A stretch of DNA of 37,396 nucleotides from a virus (Duplodnaviria; Caudoviricetes): IMG/VR virus record IMGVR_UViG_3300047669_000297, positions 1 to 37,396 of that record; one strand, given 5' to 3'. Below, one piece after another: positions 35,242 through 37,396 of the stretch. How positions within the stretch are numbered: the first letter of the stretch is position 1; each line of letters starts with the position of its first letter. The notes under the pieces were generated by a model. It searched no databases and had not been told where the DNA came from. It saw nothing but the letters and a program-made list of their open reading frames with translations. The translations under genes and the position numbers were made by a program.

Positions 35242-35616
35242 TTAGGTGGCGGCTAATTCAGCTAGTCTTGCTTCTTCTTCTTCTGCAATTCTTGCTGCTT
35301 CTTGTGCTGCAATTTCGTCCAGTCGGGCTTGTTCCTCCGCAGCTTTTGCAGCTTTCTCAGCAATGTAAGCATCTTTCAACTCCTTTGGAACTGCAGCATG
35401 TAAGGCTTTGGTCATGCTTCGGCTATCGACCACTACGCCAGCATCACTACCATCATCTAGTGTAGCTGTTCCGTCTGGTGCAATGTACTTATACCGAGTA
35501 ACTGGCCCACCGTAAGGCTTAGTTCCGTCCATCGCTTGTGATACAACATGTTCAATGATCGTCCCATCAGCAGTTATTTCACTACGAACGACCTTCTCTG
35601 TTTTAGTAAGTGCCAC
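35242..35616 (-). CDS. Hypothetical tail-fibre-associated protein, 124 aa
   Basis: GGAGG RBS, GTG start, Glu/Ala coiled-coil tail. Confidence 0.7.
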   Translation of the reverse strand: MALTKTEKVVRSEITADGTIIEHVVSQAMDGTKPYGGPVTRYKYIAPDGTATLDDGSDAGVVVDSRSMTKALHAAVPKELKDAYIAEKAAKAAEEQARLDEIAAQEAARIAEEEEARLAELAAT

Positions 35617-35619
35617 GTC

Positions 35620-35814
35620 TTATCCTCCGTCTAAAACTGCCATCGCAGACCGCAGTATTGCGATCTGGTCTTGTATTGATTGAAGCGTGGCGAGTGAGGC
35701 AGAATTGCCGGTAACCGCTTCTCGCATCAGGCGCAAAGTTTGCTGTGTTTCTAAAACATCTATTTCTGCACGTTTAGCACAGTACAACTCAAAGTCTTCT
35801 GTTCCTATTTCCAT
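35620..35814 (-). CDS. Small tail-fibre-associated protein (likely start ATG 35814)
   Basis: TAATG overlap with the fibre stop codon; begins [17 protein letters not shown]. Confidence 0.65.
   Translation of the reverse strand: MEIGTEDFELYCAKRAEIDVLETQQTLRLMREAVTGNSASLATLQSIQDQIAILRSAMAVLDGG
35764..35803 (-). repeat. 40-bp exact inverted repeat of 3068-3107
   Basis: Reverse complement matches 40/40. Confidence 0.95.
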
Positions 35815-37396
35815 TAGTCTGCATCCCTTTCGCATAGTAGTGTGACGTGATACCAAGCCGCCGAGGCACTTGACATAACAATCTTGATGCCAATACGTTG
35901 CCCAACTGTGAAACTGATGGCGGGCGAACTATCAAAAGCGCCGCCGCTTGTATCAACTGCTACAGTGTTAGCTTGCGCTGCGCCATCCTTCATTAAAGTA
36001 ACCACAGCAGAACCGCTACTTAGCGTTCCATTGACATAGACATACATCTTTTTGACTGTCAGTGGGCAGGGAACTCGTGTGTTTACGAGCGATGCGTCTG
36101 TGCTTGTCAATGCGCCATTTTGGTAATAAGTAGCGCTGCCACTTATGGGTATCGTTGGCGCAAACTGCATTATCATGTCGGTGCCGTATACACCACCGGC
36201 GAACGTAGCGTTTTGGCTTCCGTCAAACCGAACAGTCTCAACACCGGCATTTGAGATAGCTAAGATATTAGCACCGGGGTGCCATATACCAGTATCTGGA
36301 TCAGTAGCAAGCGTTACAGCAGGAAGTGCGGCAGTGCCGGGAGCAAGTATTTCAATTATGCCTTTAGATGTAATTAATAACCGTTCAAAGTTCCCCGCTG
36401 CATTGTCAAAAGTATAGAACCCTATTTCGCCGCTATTACCCACTCCGTTATTGTTGAAGGCTATATAGCTTGCTCCATTGGCACTTGCCCAAGACCCACT
36501 GTTGCCGTCTAGACCAATACGCGCCACCGTACCAGCGGTGCTGTATCTACCAACAGCTATGTCGCCCCCAGTGGTAGGAAACTGAAGCATATGGAGTGTT
36601 GGACTTGTGCCACCCAATCCTAGATTAGTCCCTACAACTACACTCTTCGCAACGCCTAGTCCACCGTCAGTGTGTATGCTACCTGTGGTGCCGGAGGTGC
36701 TGTCGGTTGTGTCGTCTACTGAGATAGCGCCAACGAACGTAGCGTTTTGTGATGCGTCTAACCTTAACGCTTCTGCCCCATTAGTAATTAGTGTGAGGAT
36801 ATTCGCGCTTACCCAACCAATGCCAGTATCAGGATCGGCTCGGTTAGGAATGAGCGTTGGATTGGTGGCGGTCGCGGCTTCGTTGAGTAAGGCCGGACCA
36901 GCAGCGTTAGGAGCAGTCAGGGATGCGGTCGAGAATCTGTATCCAGCGGTTCCGTCAATACCGATGTCCCCCGGCACCAGATCAATGTTCCCAATCCCTT
37001 TGACCCGCAGTATCCCGCTCGATGAGCTATCACCTGTTGCCCAGATGTTGGCCGTCGTAGCCGCCGAGTTATTTGTCCAAATTACTGTGCCAAGTTGGCT
37101 TGCCGTATCTCCATTCAGCTTAAATTGGAACGTATTGGATGTCTGCAATGTTGCGCTGTTGCCGGATGAATTTGTCCCCACGGTGTGCGTGCCGGATGCA
37201 AGTGTCGTCACAGTCGCCGCAGCAGGGGTGCCAGAGCCAAGTATTCCGTCCAAAGTGCCAGTGAAACCAGTGGCCGTTATTTGGTCAGTTGCAGTAATTG
37301 CATCGACAAATAGGTTGGCCCAGCGAACTCCGGTTGTTCCAAGGTCATCGGTGCTGTCAGTGTCTGAAACTACATTACCGCCGTGTGTGGTAACGC
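35814..37396 (-). CDS. Tail fibre protein, 5' end outside the window
   Basis: The frame stays open from 37253 to the window edge ([25 protein letters not shown]); Gly/Thr/Ala-rich; repeated DPDTGI...ANIL...SQNATF modules. Confidence 0.85.
   Translation of the reverse strand, partial: VTTHGGNVVSDTDSTDDLGTTGVRWANLFVDAITATDQITATGFTGTLDGILGSGTPAAATVTTLASGTHTVGTNSSGNSATLQTSNTFQFKLNGDTASQLGTVIWTNNSAATTANIWATGDSSSSGILRVKGIGNIDLVPGDIGIDGTAGYRFSTASLTAPNAAGPALLNEAATATNPTLIPNRADPDTGIGWVSANILTLITNGAEALRLDASQNATFVGAISVDDTTDSTSGTTGSIHTDGGLGVAKSVVVGTNLGLGGTSPTLHMLQFPTTGGDIAVGRYSTAGTVARIGLDGNSGSWASANGASYIAFNNNGVGNSGEIGFYTFDNAAGNFERLLITSKGIIEILAPGTAALPAVTLATDPDTGIWHPGANILAISNAGVETVRFDGSQNATFAGGVYGTDMIMQFAPTIPISGSATYYQNGALTSTDASLVNTRVPCPLTVKKMYVYVNGTLSSGSAVVTLMKDGAAQANTVAVDTSGGAFDSSPAISFTVGQRIGIKIVMSSASAAWYHVTLLCERDAD

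Noticed and set aside
99-36417. Antisense and nested ORFs in the track (for example 99-524, 15259-15525, 22168-22515, 27066-27359, 32528-32995, 35036-35465, 36145-36417)
   Set aside because: They are shadows of better-supported genes on the other strand or frame, with no RBS or motifs.
1-37396. tRNA/rRNA genes, integrase, phage RNA polymerase
   Set aside because: None recognised by eye, and the intergenic gaps are short. tRNAscan-SE was not run.

Overview
The window is most of a lytic, podovirus-like dsDNA phage genome with two convergent arms. The layout resembles Zobellviridae/Cobavirus-type marine phages; that assignment is inferred from gene content, not from a search. The + arm (1-22480) carries small early genes, a GP88-like and a DUF932-like gene, T7-like primase-helicase, family A DNA polymerase (Tyr762 type), SSB, gmd plus a ColD-like dehydratase, Cas4-like exonuclease, endonuclease I, class II RNR, a 2OG-Fe(II) oxygenase, two glycosyltransferases, holin/spanins and TerS. 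The - arm (22584 to beyond 37396) carries internal virion, tail and tail-fibre genes. No RNA polymerase, integrase, tRNA, capsid, portal or TerL was seen. Four things stand out. (1) The early region is an array of mini-gene cassettes joined by two families of conserved stop-repeat-RBS junctions; three cassettes share MTKT...ALRDKVSK ends, and two of these are (GCT)n-derived Ala-rich genes. (2) Genes repeatedly sit between direct duplications, the clearest being a 90-bp duplication of the gmd/colD junction. (3) An exact 40-bp inverted repeat links an early gene to a tail-fibre-associated gene 32.7 kb away, in the same reading frame. (4) A candidate GDP-colitose-type sugar synthesis, hydroxylation and glycosyl/methyl-transfer system is present, with an unknown target. 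All product calls come from motif recognition by eye.
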